NCBI GenBank assembly: GCA_002633005.1
Contig: NMRA01000223.1
Span: forward strand, 280,237 to 344,236
Reading direction: 5' to 3'
Length of the DNA: 64,000 nucleotides
DNA from: Phoronis australis
Lineage: Eukaryota > Animalia > Phoronida
Shown here: piece by piece, positions 62,376-64,000 of the stretch
Layout of the letters: each line of letters begins with the position of its first letter
How positions within the stretch are numbered: position 1 is the first letter of the stretch
The notes under the pieces: model-generated
Databases searched by the model: none
The model's input: only the letters and a program-made list of their open reading frames with translations
What the model was told of the DNA's origin: nothing
Position numbers and translations under genes: made by a program

Positions 62376-64000
62376 ACTGAAATAAGAAACATTTAGAGCT
62401 GCACATTGTTCTACTTGGCAAGCTAAAGAATGAAAATTGAATCAAGCCTTTTGCACTCATAAAATTGGTCTCAAAGTATTCCACTATTAGCAAGAAAATT
62501 ATAACCACCAGAAACTTAAAAATAAGAAAGTGTTTAAATTGAAGATTAAATGAGTACACACCAGTTTGATGATAATTCATGGAATCCCGTAGTAACTTAA
62601 CAACGCAAAATGAAATTAGAATCTATTAGGGTTGGCCAACCTTAAAATTGCTAATTCAAAAATGGTACATGAACGCATTGCCTTTGAATTGCTAATGGAA
62701 ATAACATCCTATTAGAGTAACGAATATTCGCCGATTTTATGGAAGTGACAGGCCTAATTTGATTTTCGCATGCGAAACAGGGCATTAAGTTGTACTAATT
62801 TGAACATGATGTTAAAATAAACACCATCAAACGAATCTTGTTTGAAAATAAAGGAATTCAAATTCCTGGGTTAAAAATGAAACTAGGATACAGCAGCACT
62901 TGAAGTTTTCAGCACTTATAGATTTTATTAACTGCCGGGTGAATGATGAAATCTATAGATAGCTTTAGATGCTCGAAAACACAAACAGCTATAATTCAAG
63001 TCACAATTAAGACTTAAAAGGAAATTGACAGAACTGCAATTCAGTAGCTTAAAGAATGTACAATCATGTAAACAATGATATCAATTTCTCAAGAGAATAT
63101 GTGTTTTGAAGCGCTTTTAACACACAAGCATTCTATTTAAATAACCAACGTACAACTGACTATTTGAAGAAAAATCAGGAAACATACAGGCCCAGGTCAC
63201 TAAGTATATACCCTATCTGGTGCTAAACAAGGGAACTGGCCTAAATTACCACATGAATAACATTTCTCTTGGTCCTATAGCTGGTAGTTGAACCTACGAC
63301 CCTTCAATAGGTCTGGCTTAAGAACCACCACCGTAGCCTATCAACCAAAGAACAATTGCTCTAAGGTCAAATAAATTATGCAAGCACATTTATACAGCCT
63401 GTTAGAGGTCTCACAGTTGGTGCCCTCTGTTTTCTATTGATCTCCAGTTGCAACAATATACCTGTCACGCGTTTTAGAACAGAACATATTATCGAATTAA
63501 ACACTAACATGTTCAACATTTACTAAAAATTTCTTTTGTGTAATGTGGACATAAAGTTTGGTTTCATAATTCTTCAACTAGTTTGTATTAAACGCGAATC
63601 ATTAATTCCTGAGAAGCAGTCATTGGCCTAAACTCTAAGAAAGCTCGAGGACCAGTTTTCTTTAGAAAAAACATGAGCAATGATGAGCATAGCATATTCT
63701 ATTAAAACTATTTGCATTTCCCATCAAATGCTATACCAACAGTGTGTACAATAAAATATTGTTTGTATTTACAGTAAGCTATGAACTAAATTTTGTTCAG
63801 GAGGGATGTTGACAGGTGCTTGCCTGAGAAGGTCGAAACTGACAAGGAGCGTCATTTCCCGAGCACTGAAAGTCTTCCGAGATACTGAAGTCAAAGCAAA
63901 ATTGGTCGTTTCAGGCACTAAGTTAGTTGCTCATAACAAACTACATGAGGTATGAATCGCCAACTTAAATGTTAAAAAAATTAAATGAAAATGTTTCAAA

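Overview
AT-rich, intron-rich eukaryotic DNA that looks like a draft assembly of a marine invertebrate, with single-n gaps. It is not prokaryotic, so most of the supplied ORF track is noise. Two multi-exon genes on the minus strand were reconstructed from splice sites and phases. The first is an ANKMY1-like gene (MORN repeats, ankyrin repeats, MYND finger) with 16 core coding exons from 62375 to 35573, about 1189 aa. The second is a class II CPD photolyase with 8 coding exons from 29326 to 20796; its final exon(s) are not visible. There is also one orphan phase 1-1 kringle exon on the plus strand (5648-5920). The rest is a dense transposon landscape: two decayed Kolobok elements with convergent transposase and P2X7-C-terminus-like genes, a deleted hAT with an apparent 5-bp TSD, a probable Ngaro/DIRS relic, many MITEs and a minisatellite. 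The most interesting observations are (1) three clustered PAR-bZIP D-boxes at the putative photolyase promoter, (2) a candidate alternative mitochondrial-type N-terminus for the photolyase, (3) candidate 3-nt and 33-nt alternative exons flanking the ANKMY1 MYND exon, (4) a minisatellite made of cryptic splice acceptors, (5) paired inverted motifs inside both Kolobok ends, and (6) a 43-bp perfect hairpin with a 9-bp TSD. Three tandem duplications abut n-gaps and are probably haplotype artefacts. I cannot demonstrate a wholly new biological system from the sequence alone. All family calls come from recognising motifs by eye, not from database searches.
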